Part shown: positions 44,047 to 53,594 of the stretch, piece after piece
Numbering within the stretch: position 1 is the stretch's first letter
How the letters are laid out: each line of letters starts with the position of its first letter
Assembly: GCA_963758495.1 (NCBI GenBank)
Contig: CAVWVI010000005.1
Span: 29,960-93,959 of the forward strand
Direction: 5' to 3'
Length of the DNA stretch: 64,000 nt
Origin: Oligoflexia bacterium
Lineage (GTDB): Bacteria; Bdellovibrionota; UBA1018
Program-made: the position numbers and the translations under genes
Notes under the pieces: model-generated
What the model was told of the DNA's origin: nothing
What the model saw: the letters and a program-made list of their open reading frames with translations, nothing else
The model's database searches: none

Positions 44047-44397
44047 AATTATGATCCCTAATTAAATACAAATCTGTATTTGGACATATGTCAGATATTT
44101 CCATATTTTATACGATGTGCATCACCATTACCATGGTTTGAGTGGCTATTAAATAAGTATTCATTGAGAGGAATGGTGGGAGCGGAATCATTTAAATTTT
44201 ATGGGTCAATGGGTTTGATTGCTGAGTGGTTTCTCAAGCGCTTCCTTACTTTTCCTTTATTTTTCTTGTTGATCAATAGAGGGCTTTTCGGAAGCTTTAT
44301 AGATTTGAACAGTCCCACGAATCAGTTTTTTAAACTCTGAATCATTTTTGCTCAGAAAGTCCTTCAATAGTAATTTAATTGAGAAACCCCTATTGAG

Positions 44398-44811
44398 CTA
44401 TGTACCTAACGCTAGCAAAATTCTTCGGAGTGAACGAATCAAGCTCACAAAACTACGGGAACGAGTGTTTGCAAGATCTAAATGGGGCGCTATGAGTCGG
44501 GAACCTGAAATCTTTTGATATCGGCCCATAGTTAGTTTATTTAGTTCAATCGATGGACTATGGAGAATGTCAGGGTCAGTACTGCCCCGGCTGCGAACCT
44601 CCTGAAAGCCGCGACTGCTCCCTAATTTTGTGAGCGCCACATGTACATTGTCAGCAAGTGCGTCTTTCAAAAATCCGAAAACATTAAAAAGCGTTGATTT
44701 CCCTGTCCCCTTTGCGCCGACCAAGACACAAACGGATGGGATTTCACTTAGCTCAACATCCCGGAAGGCTTTAAAGTTCTTAAGTCGAATTGTCTCGATC
44801 TTCATACTCAT
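44398..44811 (-). pseudogene. N-terminal fragment of an AAA/ABC-type ATPase (RecF/SMC-like, abortive-infection-type family), probable gene remnant
   Basis: 137-aa ORF. ...LKNFKAFRDVELSEIPSVCVLVGAKGTGKSTLFNVFGFL... is the N-terminal P-loop region of AAA_15/AAA_21/OLD-like ATPases. The ORF stops after about 137 aa with no Walker B or signature, which suggests truncation. Confidence 0.35.
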
Positions 44812-44977
44812 AGTACGAGCGATAATGCCTAATATCTTTGTTTACAAACAGCCTTTATTGTTGGCAATTTTAGAAAGCGTGCTCCAATCTACACCTTCAT
44901 TGTGAATTTCTAGATCTGACGCTTGACGATACCCGTTTAAATTGTTAGGAGAGTGTTTTGAAAGGAATATATTAAAA

Positions 44978-45223
44978 ATGGCTGTAACCATCCGTCTGTC
45001 TCGTCAGGGTGCTAAGAAAAACCCTCAATATCTTATCGTAGCGGTGGATTCCGCAAAAAAACGTGATGGAGCTTACCTTGAGAGCCTCGGTCGCTACTAT
45101 CCAAAAGCTAAGGATGCGAAAGATAAAGTAAAATTGAATCTTGACGCTGTTAAAGTTTGGCAAGCAAAAGGTGCTCAGGTTTCACAAACTGTTGGACAAT
45201 TGATCAAAGCACTTGCAAAATAA
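44978..45223 (+). CDS. rpsP: 30S ribosomal protein S16
   Basis: MAVTIRLSRQGAKKNPQYLIVAVDSAKKRDG is canonical S16. Start taken at the internal Met of ORF 44942..45223. Confidence 0.85.
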   Translation: MAVTIRLSRQGAKKNPQYLIVAVDSAKKRDGAYLESLGRYYPKAKDAKDKVKLNLDAVKVWQAKGAQVSQTVGQLIKALAK

Positions 45224-45345
45224 ACATTAAACGATTCAGTGAGTGGGTCGTGCTCGTTGTAGTGAACAGCTCAAAATCGTAGTTTTTTTTCAGATATTTT
45301 GAATAGTTATGAAGAAAAATCGCTTTTTTTGAAGGAGAGCGCGCG

Positions 45346-45624
45346 ATGTCGGACTCTGTGCACGTGGCTAATTCAGATAGAAAGCTGAGTGAACTTTCTA
45401 AGTTGATTTTGTATGTCTCGCGAATGTTAGTTGATCTCCCAGATCAAGTCCAAGTCAATGAAATTGAAGGGGAGAATACGACTGTAATCAAGCTTACGGT
45501 AGCCAGAGAAGACATAGGAAAAGTCATTGGCAAACAGGGTAAGACCGCTCATGCAATTCGTACGATTTTAAATGGCGCATCTACCAAACTCAGAAAACGA
45601 ACCGTCCTCGAAATTATTGAATGA
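45346..45624 (+). CDS. KH-domain RNA-binding protein (YlqC-like)
   Basis: 92 aa. VIGKQGKTAHAIRTIL is the KH GXXG loop. Conserved position between rpsP and trmD. Confidence 0.6.
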   Translation: MSDSVHVANSDRKLSELSKLILYVSRMLVDLPDQVQVNEIEGENTTVIKLTVAREDIGKVIGKQGKTAHAIRTILNGASTKLRKRTVLEIIE

Positions 45625-46384
45625 GAAGGAAGAGAACCCTTCTCTTCAAGATGGGATTGAGTTTGTTTTTTTAACTCTTTTTCCAGAAGTATTTCCAGGA
45701 GTATTTAAGTCCAGTTTACTTGGAAAAGCTCAAGAAAAAGGCTTAATTTCCATTCATCTTAAAAATATAAGAGACTTTGCACAAGATAAGCATCACAAAG
45801 TAGATGACACCCCTTATGGAGGGGGTGAAGGAATGCTTTTGAAGGCTGATGTGCTTTGTGCAGCGTGGGATTCAGTCGTCTCTGCGAAATCTACTTCAAG
45901 CTTTCAAAAAAAAACAATGACACTCCTCCTGTCGCCTCAGGGAGAGGTTTTTACTCAAGAGATAGCTAAAGAGTTGGCTTCTTATTCTCAACTCGTCTTT
46001 GTTTGTGGTCATTACGAGGGGGTAGATGAGCGATTTATTGATCTTTGTGTCGATCGTGAAATTTCCATAGGGGACTATGTTCTGACAGGGGGAGAGCTTC
46101 CTGCCTTAGTGGTTGCAGATACGGTTGCTCGTCTGGTCCCTGGAGTGATAGGAAATCAGCGTTCGGTGACCCAAGATAGCTTTGAGAATGGATTGTTAAA
46201 ATACCCTCAATATACCCGACCTAGGGAATTGAGAGGACTTAAGGTTCCTGAGGTGCTGTTAACCGGAGATCATGGTGCTATTCGGCAATGGCGTGAAGAT
46301 CAAATGTGCATACGAACTCAGAAAAAGAGACCCGATCTTTGGGAAAAATATAGAACTCGGCTCAAGCTTCGCTCAAGCTCGTAA
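45617..46384 (+). CDS. trmD: tRNA (guanine37-N1)-methyltransferase
   Basis: ...FVFLTLFPEVFPG..., YVLTGGELPALVVADTVARLVPGV and ...GDHGAIRQWR are TrmD hallmarks. The ATG at 45572 would overlap the KH gene, so a TTG at about 45617 is more likely. Start uncertain. Confidence 0.75.
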   Translation: MNEKEENPSLQDGIEFVFLTLFPEVFPGVFKSSLLGKAQEKGLISIHLKNIRDFAQDKHHKVDDTPYGGGEGMLLKADVLCAAWDSVVSAKSTSSFQKKTMTLLLSPQGEVFTQEIAKELASYSQLVFVCGHYEGVDERFIDLCVDREISIGDYVLTGGELPALVVADTVARLVPGVIGNQRSVTQDSFENGLLKYPQYTRPRELRGLKVPEVLLTGDHGAIRQWREDQMCIRTQKKRPDLWEKYRTRLKLRSSS

Positions 46385-46403
46385 TTAAGCAGTTCCTTGA
46401 GGC

Positions 46404-47039
46404 GTGGGCCGTATAATTTATTTGAAGAAATCCCTCAAGAATGTTAACGATCAAGACCTTGTGTCTATACCTGTTTACATTGCATTACTTCATTTCCCGA
46501 TTGTGAATAGAAAAGGGGCAATTGTAACCACCGCCGTGACTAACATGGATATCCATGATATTTCACGATCGGCTCGAACTTTTGGAATGAAAGGGTATTT
46601 CCTTGTCACTCCGATCGAGGATCAGCACGAGCTGGTTGGGAGAATTCTAAGCCATTGGCGCTCAGATGCCTCTCAAGCCTACCATCCGGATCGAGTGGAA
46701 GCGGTTTCCTTGATTCGAATGGCAAAGTCTTTTGAAGAAGTAAAAGCCGCAATTCGAGCTGAGCATGGGGTTGATCCTGAAGTGGTATTAACAGATGCTC
46801 GGCCACTTCCGAACTCCGTCACTTACGCTGACTATAGGCGTGAGCTTTCGGATCCAGGTCGCCCTCAAAAACCCGTTGTATTGGTTTTTGGGACGGGCTG
46901 GGGCGTTTCGGACGTCTTCTATCCCGAGGTACATCGGATCCTAGCTCCAGTGTACGGGCCAGAAGGTGCAGGAGGGTATAATCACCTTTCCGTTCGGGCA
47001 GCTGTCGCGATTATTCTCGATCGGCTGTTCGGGCAATAA
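46404..47039 (+). CDS. uncharacterised SPOUT-like protein in the trmD-rplS operon
   Basis: 211 aa. VTNMDIHDISRSARTFGMKG resembles the SpoU/TrmH AdoMet-binding motif (N.G.I.R.A..FG). It occupies the slot where rimM usually sits. Confidence 0.35.
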   Translation: MGRIIYLKKSLKNVNDQDLVSIPVYIALLHFPIVNRKGAIVTTAVTNMDIHDISRSARTFGMKGYFLVTPIEDQHELVGRILSHWRSDASQAYHPDRVEAVSLIRMAKSFEEVKAAIRAEHGVDPEVVLTDARPLPNSVTYADYRRELSDPGRPQKPVVLVFGTGWGVSDVFYPEVHRILAPVYGPEGAGGYNHLSVRAAVAIILDRLFGQ

Positions 47040-47140
47040 CCGGCCTTTGTATTTCTACAAGGGTGGCAATTTGCTGGGCTTATTAAATAAGATTGAAATC
47101 GATTCATCTCAATATGTGATGGAGCGATCAGGAGTAAAAA

Positions 47141-47629
47141 ATGGCAACGACTAAAACAAAGTATCGAAGAACGACTAAAAGCATTCAAGTCAGTCAAAAG
47201 GGATTACAGGATCGCGTAGCGCTCATTGAAAAGCCGATGCTGCGGTCTGATTTTCCTGACTATAGCGCAGGTGATACAGTGAAAGTTCACGTTCGAATTA
47301 AAGAAGGTGAAAAAGAGCGTGTTCAGATTTATGAAGGAATTATCATCGCACGTTCGAATCGAGGTGCAAGTCGTTCCTTTACCGTTCGCAAGATTTCCCA
47401 TGGAGTGGGCGTAGAAAGAATTTTTCTAGAATCTTCTCCAAAAATTGCAAAATTAGAAATAGCTCAAGTGGGTAAAGTTCGTCGCGCTAAGCTTTATTAC
47501 TTGCGAGGCCTTGAAGGAAAAGCTGCTCGAGTTGAGCGTCAAGTGGAGACACTTCAATCTGTTGCTGCAAAAGCTGCTGCAAAAGCTGCTGCAAAAGCTG
47601 CTGCAAAAGGCACCAAGAGCGAAAGCTAA
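47141..47629 (+). CDS. rplS: 50S ribosomal protein L19 with N- and C-terminal extensions (C-terminal AAKA repeats)
   Basis: Core ...[52 protein letters not shown]...KLYYLR... is canonical L19. C-terminus [16 protein letters not shown] is encoded by a 4x 12-bp tandem repeat. Confidence 0.8.
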   Translation: MATTKTKYRRTTKSIQVSQKGLQDRVALIEKPMLRSDFPDYSAGDTVKVHVRIKEGEKERVQIYEGIIIARSNRGASRSFTVRKISHGVGVERIFLESSPKIAKLEIAQVGKVRRAKLYYLRGLEGKAARVERQVETLQSVAAKAAAKAAAKAAAKGTKSES

Positions 47630-47650
47630 GAGCTTAGAGCCTAGAGGGTT

Positions 47651-48292
47651 TTGATGCCCAAGAGCGTAAGAGTAAAAAACCTGCCCGGCCTCGAGTATGA
47701 AAAAAAGGCTGGATTTCCCCGTGTTTATGTCGCGGGAGCCGATGAGGTCGGGCGAGGTTGTCTTGCGGGTCCTGTAGTAGCGGGTGCTGTGATATTGCCC
47801 ACTCAGGTGAATTATGAAGATCATCCCTGGTTGGAAGAAGTTAATGACAGTAAAAAAGTAACCCCCCTCGTGCGGGAGCGCTTAGCTCCTTTGATTACAA
47901 AGTGGGCCCTGGCAACAGGAATTGGCATAGCTACTGTTGAAGAAATTGATGAAATTAATATTTTTCATGCGTCTCATTTAGCCATTATGAGGGCCGTGAA
48001 TGCCCTTCGGGTTAAGCCCAATCATGTTCTGATTGACGGGAAGTTTCTTCCTAAGCAGGGAATCTCTATTGCGGCTTCTGCTGTCGTGAAGGGCGATCAG
48101 AAATGTTTAAGTATTGCAGCGGCATCCATCATTGCTAAAGTCTGGCGAGATCAGCATATGATGGAGTTAGATCAGAAATTTCCGGATTATGGATTTGCTC
48201 AGCATAAAGGATATCCGACGGTGGCTCATTCTCAGGCATTGAAAAAACAAGGGGTCACTGAAGTTCATCGACGTTCTTTTAAATTGCTTTGA
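47651..48292 (+). CDS. rnhB: ribonuclease HII
   Basis: 213 aa. VAGADEVGRGCLAGPVVAGAVIL catalytic DEVGRG motif. Confidence 0.85.
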   Translation: MMPKSVRVKNLPGLEYEKKAGFPRVYVAGADEVGRGCLAGPVVAGAVILPTQVNYEDHPWLEEVNDSKKVTPLVRERLAPLITKWALATGIGIATVEEIDEINIFHASHLAIMRAVNALRVKPNHVLIDGKFLPKQGISIAASAVVKGDQKCLSIAAASIIAKVWRDQHMMELDQKFPDYGFAQHKGYPTVAHSQALKKQGVTEVHRRSFKLL

Positions 48293-48324
48293 GTTTGGTT
48301 TGAGACCTGCATGAGTCTCCTCTC

Positions 48325-48690
48325 ATGTATAAAAGACATCAATTCGGTAAAGAAACTGAAGAAAGAGCCTTGGAATGGTTTCTAAATCAGAAAGCGGCAA
48401 AACTCTTACTTCGAAATTTTTACTGTAAATTTGGGGAAATTGATTTAATTTTTGAAGAAACTTTGCCTCAAAATCAAGGAATCGAACTTGTTTTTGTGGA
48501 GGTTCGAGCGCGTTCTTCTCAGGGGTGGGTGACTGGTCCTGAAAGTGTTCATTTAAGCAAACAGCAGAGATTAAAAAGAACTGGGAATTATTTTTTATCT
48601 AGATATCAGGGACGAGCCCAGAGTATTCGCTTTGATCTTTTATTTTGGAATGGGACTACCTGGGGATATATACAAAATCTTTGGATTTAA
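48325..48690 (+). CDS. yraN: YraN-family (UPF0102) endonuclease
   Basis: 121 aa. ...GEIDLIFEE... with a preceding GKETEERALEWF pattern is typical of UPF0102. Conserved position after rnhB. Confidence 0.65.
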   Translation: MYKRHQFGKETEERALEWFLNQKAAKLLLRNFYCKFGEIDLIFEETLPQNQGIELVFVEVRARSSQGWVTGPESVHLSKQQRLKRTGNYFLSRYQGRAQSIRFDLLFWNGTTWGYIQNLWI

Positions 48691-48723
48691 ACGTCGTTTA
48701 ATCCTCTCGCCCTCATTGAACTC

Positions 48724-49080
48724 TCATTGATCAAAGCTTTTACGAGCTCGATCTTCATTTTCGTAAAACTCGAAGAGTTCAGCTTCATCAAAAGCCTTGA
48801 TGATTTTTTTAAATTCGCTTCTGACGTTGCAGTAGCGTGGTTTCATAGGTGAATTGGCATTAAAATCTTTAAGAATTTGAATAAAAGAAGAGATTCCACT
48901 TGATCCAACGAACTCTAGGTTTTCCAGATCAAATATAATTTTCTTTGGGGTACTATCTGTGCGGTTTTCTTGAATCATGTTAAAAAGGTGTTCCCGCAAG
49001 GGTACATAAGTCTCGAAATCAAGCCGACCATCCATGGAGACGACAATCGTGTCGCCTTTCTTTTTAATTAGAGTTTTCAT
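48724..49080 (-). CDS. STAS-domain anti-sigma-factor antagonist
   Basis: 118 aa. ...IVVSMDGRLDFETYVPLREHL...LENLEFVGSSGISSF... is a SpoIIAA/RsbV-like STAS pattern with the conserved Ser in GSSGIS. Confidence 0.6.
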   Translation of the reverse strand: MKTLIKKKGDTIVVSMDGRLDFETYVPLREHLFNMIQENRTDSTPKKIIFDLENLEFVGSSGISSFIQILKDFNANSPMKPRYCNVRSEFKKIIKAFDEAELFEFYENEDRARKSFDQ

Positions 49081-49118
49081 TGTAATATCTCCTGTGGACT
49101 TCTATTATCAGCCCGAAA

Positions 49119-50042
49119 ATGAAGGAAACCAATAGGCAAATTTTACCGTGCGGTTTGTGGGTTGTAGCAACTCCCATAGGCAATTTAGCAGATATTTCAT
49201 CGAGAGCGATTTCGGCTTTAAAAGAAGCAGATCTGATTTTGTGTGAAGACACCCGAAGGACAGGAGCCCTCTTATCTGCTTTGGGTATCGCAGAGTTTAA
49301 AGGGCGACTGGAAAGAGTGGATTCTTATGCGGAGTCTCAAAAGCTACAGTTTTTTATCGAAAAAATGAAAGCCGGAAAGAATCTTGCGCTCGTCACTGAT
49401 GCAGGTACACCTGCGATCAGTGATCCAGGATCCGCGTTGGTGGCTTGTGCTCACGAAGCGGGGATCTGTGTTACACCGCTTCCCGGTGCTTCAGCTGTGG
49501 TGACGCTTTTGTCAGTTTCCGGATTTCAAGGTACTGCTTTTACTTTTCGAGGGTTCTTTCCCCGAAAGCTTGCTGATCAAAAGGAGGAACTTCAATGGGC
49601 GTCGATTTCTCCGCTCTCGTCTATTTACGTTTGGTTTGAGAGCCCGCAGCGAATTGAGGAAACTTTGACGATGCTGAGTGAAACTTTTCCACAAGTCCCG
49701 GTGGTGATTGGGAAAGAGCTGACCAAGTTGCATGAACGGATATTTTTTGATCAGGCTGACCCAGTTGCAAAATGGGTCCAGAACGAGATTGCAACAGAAG
49801 GGAAAGTAGGAGAGTGGTGTTTTGCTATTCAATTTCCAAAACAAAATCGACCTGATTATTCAATGCCCATAGGAGCACTGGAGAGTGCGGGCTGGGATAA
49901 AGCACTGCAATGTCTGCTCGATGCTCATATTACAGTTTCTGAAGCGGCTAAGCGAGTAAGTCAATCCTTTGGCATTCCTAAGAAGGTCTCGTATGAGATG
50001 GCACTCAAGGTTTCTGGCAAAAAAGTGAAGGGGGGGGATTGA
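49119..50042 (+). CDS. rsmI: 16S rRNA (cytidine1402-2'-O)-methyltransferase
   Basis: 307 aa. LWVVATPIGNLADISSRAISALKEADLILCEDTRRTG is the RsmI N-terminal hallmark. Confidence 0.8.
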   Translation: MKETNRQILPCGLWVVATPIGNLADISSRAISALKEADLILCEDTRRTGALLSALGIAEFKGRLERVDSYAESQKLQFFIEKMKAGKNLALVTDAGTPAISDPGSALVACAHEAGICVTPLPGASAVVTLLSVSGFQGTAFTFRGFFPRKLADQKEELQWASISPLSSIYVWFESPQRIEETLTMLSETFPQVPVVIGKELTKLHERIFFDQADPVAKWVQNEIATEGKVGEWCFAIQFPKQNRPDYSMPIGALESAGWDKALQCLLDAHITVSEAAKRVSQSFGIPKKVSYEMALKVSGKKVKGGD

Positions 50043-50132
50043 CCCTGGACAGAACCCCCGTAGACTTAAAGATGTGGTTGTGAAAAGAATCCATGGAAGG
50101 ATTCGGCGGAGACAGATCTTTGTTCTCGTGGG

Positions 50133-50175
50133 CCTCAGTGACGTTAGGATGACTGTACACTGAGGCAGTTTTTTT
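50133..50175 (+). terminator. rho-independent terminator after rsmI
   Basis: cctcagtg (50133-50140), 17-nt loop, cactgagg (50158-50165), then cagttttttt. Confidence 0.5.
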
Positions 50176-50255
50176 CTCCTATTCTAACATTTAAAATCAC
50201 TTTAATTTGACGAATTCTTGCCTCAAGAGAAATACCCTGTTAAGTTTTGGCTTAA

Positions 50256-51134
50256 ATGGCATGGTTTGATGACTTAAAGACACCCCGAATTAAGACACAG
50301 GTTTCTCAGCGCACATCTAAAGTGCCTGAAGGGCTATGGGTTAAGTGTGTGAAATGTGGGGAAATCCTTCAAACGAAAGTATTGAAGGATCATTTCCAGG
50401 TTTGTCCAGAATGTTCCCATCATTTTCGAATGTCTGCTGCAGAGCGAATTGCATTTTTTAGTGATGAGGGAAGTTTTGATGAATATGCCGAGGATCTCGT
50501 TTCCACTGATCCGTTAGAATTTGATGATCTTAAACCCTATAAAAATCGATTGCGTTCCGCCGCAAGTAATACCGGCTTGCGCGATGCATTTGTTGCTGGG
50601 CGGGCAAAATTGGGTGGGTTGCCTTATCATTTAGGTGTTTTTGAATTTAAATTTATGGGTGGGAGCATGGGTGTTGTTGTTGGCGAAAAGGTCACCCGGC
50701 TTTTTGAATCGGCTTTAGAAGAACGGCTTCCAGCTGTTGTGGTCTCTGCTTCTGGCGGAGCGAGAATGCAAGAAGGCATTTTATCCTTAATGCAAATGGC
50801 TAAAACCACGGCGCTCATTAGCCAGTTGCGAAAAGAAGGCATTCCCTATATTTCAATTTTAACAGATCCAACGACAGGTGGTGTGGCAGCTTCGTTTGCA
50901 ATGTTAGGTGATATTATTTTAGCAGAACCGGGTGCATTGATTGGTTTTGCAGGACCAAGGGTCATTGAACAAACCATGAGACAGTCACTTCCTGAAGGAT
51001 TTCAGAGAAGTGAGTTTTTATTAAAACATGGTTTTTTAGATCGAATTGTACCACGTCGAGAATTGGCGCAAGAGCTTCGCTTGTGGATGTGGCGTTTGGG
51101 GCGACAAACGTGTCGGTTTCCAGAAAGTTTATAA
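50256..51134 (+). CDS. accD: acetyl-CoA carboxylase carboxyltransferase subunit beta
   Basis: 292 aa. Zinc ribbon CVKCGEILQTKVL...CPECSHHFR. Carboxyltransferase motif FMGGSMGVVVGEK. Confidence 0.85.
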   Translation: MAWFDDLKTPRIKTQVSQRTSKVPEGLWVKCVKCGEILQTKVLKDHFQVCPECSHHFRMSAAERIAFFSDEGSFDEYAEDLVSTDPLEFDDLKPYKNRLRSAASNTGLRDAFVAGRAKLGGLPYHLGVFEFKFMGGSMGVVVGEKVTRLFESALEERLPAVVVSASGGARMQEGILSLMQMAKTTALISQLRKEGIPYISILTDPTTGGVAASFAMLGDIILAEPGALIGFAGPRVIEQTMRQSLPEGFQRSEFLLKHGFLDRIVPRRELAQELRLWMWRLGRQTCRFPESL

Positions 51135-53467
51135 GTAAGCTTTCTCAGTGGTTTTTAGGATTTTTTTTATTTTTACTGACGCAAGCTTCCTTTGTGTTTT
51201 CTTTAACTGAAAATCAACCGATTCATTTTTCTGGCGATAAACAAATCTGGGATCGTAAAGCCAATCGGGTGGAACTCATCGGACATGGTGCAGTCAATCA
51301 AGCTAATGAAACTCTTACGGGCGATTATATTCTTTTAGATCTCAAATCTCGAATTTTGGATGCGCGTGGAAATTGTGTCTATATCGCTTCAGATTCTGTG
51401 ATTTGGGGAGATGAAATGCATTTTAATCTCGATACCCGCACAGGTACAGTGGTGGGTGGGAGAGTTTCTAATGAATTTTTTACACTGCGTGGAGAGAGAA
51501 TTAATAAATTAGGTCCAGGACGCTTTCAGACGCATTGGGGTGATTACAGTACCTGTCGTGATTGTGCCGCAAGTTGGACTATTGAAGCAGAAGATGTGGA
51601 CATGCAACTGGATGGTTACGGCTATCTTTCTAATGTCACTACACTCGTGAAAGATGTTCCAGCTTTTTGGTTACCCTACTTAGTCATACCGGTAAAGAGT
51701 CGTCGACAGACAGGGTTTATTTTCCCCCCATTTCGATTTTCAGGAAATAATGGTGCGCAGTTCGTTTTGCCATTTTTTTGGGCGATCAATCGAAGTGCCG
51801 ATATCACTTTGGGTGCTGGAGTTTATACTCAAAGAGGGAAGCGTATAGAAGGTGAGGGGCGGTATGCTCTGTCTCCCCGAAGTAATGGAATCGCCAAGCT
51901 CTATTATGTTTCAGATAGAAATTTTGCCGTTCCTAATCGTTGGGCATTGAATGCGTCGCAGACTCAAGAACTTCCTTTTCATATTGAAGAAAAGCTCAGG
52001 CTCAATGAGTTGAGTGATAATATCTATCCGCTTGATTTTCCTGACGACATTCCGAGTATCTATGGAGAGGCTTTCGCGCCTTCGAGTTTAACTTTTTCTC
52101 GGAGCGCTTCTGATGTGAGTGCTTTTATTGCTTTGCAGAGATATCGAAACATTGTTAATTCTACGCCAGACAATACGCTCGCTCAACAAACTCAATTTGA
52201 TAATCGAACGGTACAAGCTTTTCCAAATGCTTTGCTAACTGTGAATGATCGATTTCTAGGCGGCACCCCTTTTTTAGGGGGCTTAACTTTGGGTTTTACA
52301 AACTTTACCCGAGGCGCTGGGGCATTTGACTACGATAATTCGTCAGTGCCGTTTGGTACACCGATTCCCATTCCTGCTCCGCCTTTTCGCCCAGGGATTG
52401 ACCCCATTCGAGAGGCGACTCGATTATCGATTACACCCACGGTTTATACGACTTTTAGACCCTTTGATGTTTTTTCGGTAGTGCCTTCTTTGCAATATCA
52501 TCAATTTGTTTATAATTTTGGCAATCAGGTTCCTGGTCTATATCGGGGATATTTACTTTTTCAGACTGATTTGAGTACTCAGATTGAAAGAATTTATGAA
52601 TTTCCAGATGATCCAGGAATGCCTCGTGCCAAGCATTTGATTCGACCTACCTTAACTTATTCTTATATTCCTTATATTCGAGAACCTGATCATCCATTTA
52701 TAAATCAAATTAACAATTCTCAAATGAATAATATTTCTGGGTATAATTTTGATGATAATGACATTGTGCCTTATACTTATACTCAAAGTAGTGCCAATTA
52801 CTTTGTCCCGCTAGGTAACTCACTCGCTTATGGTTTTACGACCCAGTGGATTAGAAGAAAGGGGGCAGAGGGAGTTGAGGCGCCGAGCTACCAAAATACT
52901 GTAGAGTTCAGTGCAGGTCAGGCGTTGAACTTTCGTGAAATAACTAATCCTGTGGACCCATCCGATCCTCATATTTTTACGCGACTTTATTCGATTCTTA
53001 ATCTCAATTTGGATCGGCTCATCTCTTCAACGAACTATTACTATTACCCAGATGTTTTTCCATCGACTTCTAGGCATACCCTATCTACCAATGCCACTTA
53101 CATCATTGAGAGAGGTGCTCGTCAAAGAATTTTGACTTACGATCGAAGTATTACGCTGGGCTATGCTTATAATAAAATCAACGGAATTACTTCCAGCATG
53201 AATGGATTACTTAATTTTTCGATTTCAGACTATCTGATGCCATTTGGAACCATTAGCTATGCATTTGAACCTATAGGTCAGCTTTTGGGGGCAGGATTTG
53301 GCGCGGTATTGCAAAGTCCCTCGCAATGCTGGAAGTTGACTGCCGGCGTGAATTATAGTGTAACAACGGGAACTAGTTATACTTTTGATTTATCCTTAAA
53401 TTTGACTGGAGCAGGTTTTGGCGGCGTAACAGAGATCGCTAATAAAGCTCAAGCTCAAACCCTGTAA
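51083..53467 (+). CDS. lptD: LPS-assembly outer-membrane protein LptD (OstA) family
   Basis: 794 aa. Signal-like LSQWFLGFFLFLLTQASFVFS. OstA-N-like region (DYILLDLKSRILDARGNCVYI) then a large beta-barrel region. Overlaps accD by about 50 bp, so the true start may be the GTG at 51110. Confidence 0.55.
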   Translation: MDVAFGATNVSVSRKFISKLSQWFLGFFLFLLTQASFVFSLTENQPIHFSGDKQIWDRKANRVELIGHGAVNQANETLTGDYILLDLKSRILDARGNCVYIASDSVIWGDEMHFNLDTRTGTVVGGRVSNEFFTLRGERINKLGPGRFQTHWGDYSTCRDCAASWTIEAEDVDMQLDGYGYLSNVTTLVKDVPAFWLPYLVIPVKSRRQTGFIFPPFRFSGNNGAQFVLPFFWAINRSADITLGAGVYTQRGKRIEGEGRYALSPRSNGIAKLYYVSDRNFAVPNRWALNASQTQELPFHIEEKLRLNELSDNIYPLDFPDDIPSIYGEAFAPSSLTFSRSASDVSAFIALQRYRNIVNSTPDNTLAQQTQFDNRTVQAFPNALLTVNDRFLGGTPFLGGLTLGFTNFTRGAGAFDYDNSSVPFGTPIPIPAPPFRPGIDPIREATRLSITPTVYTTFRPFDVFSVVPSLQYHQFVYNFGNQVPGLYRGYLLFQTDLSTQIERIYEFPDDPGMPRAKHLIRPTLTYSYIPYIREPDHPFINQINNSQMNNISGYNFDDNDIVPYTYTQSSANYFVPLGNSLAYGFTTQWIRRKGAEGVEAPSYQNTVEFSAGQALNFREITNPVDPSDPHIFTRLYSILNLNLDRLISSTNYYYYPDVFPSTSRHTLSTNATYIIERGARQRILTYDRSITLGYAYNKINGITSSMNGLLNFSISDYLMPFGTISYAFEPIGQLLGAGFGAVLQSPSQCWKLTAGVNYSVTTGTSYTFDLSLNLTGAGFGGVTEIANKAQAQTL

Positions 53468-53594
53468 GAAATTTTATAGAGGGATTTCGCGACAAACTTT
53501 CACGGAAGACTTTTTTAAGTTTGAATGTATAATCATATTGCGCTCATAATTTTTGGAGCCTAATTTTTTGGTCTAATTTGGGGGAAGGATTCCT

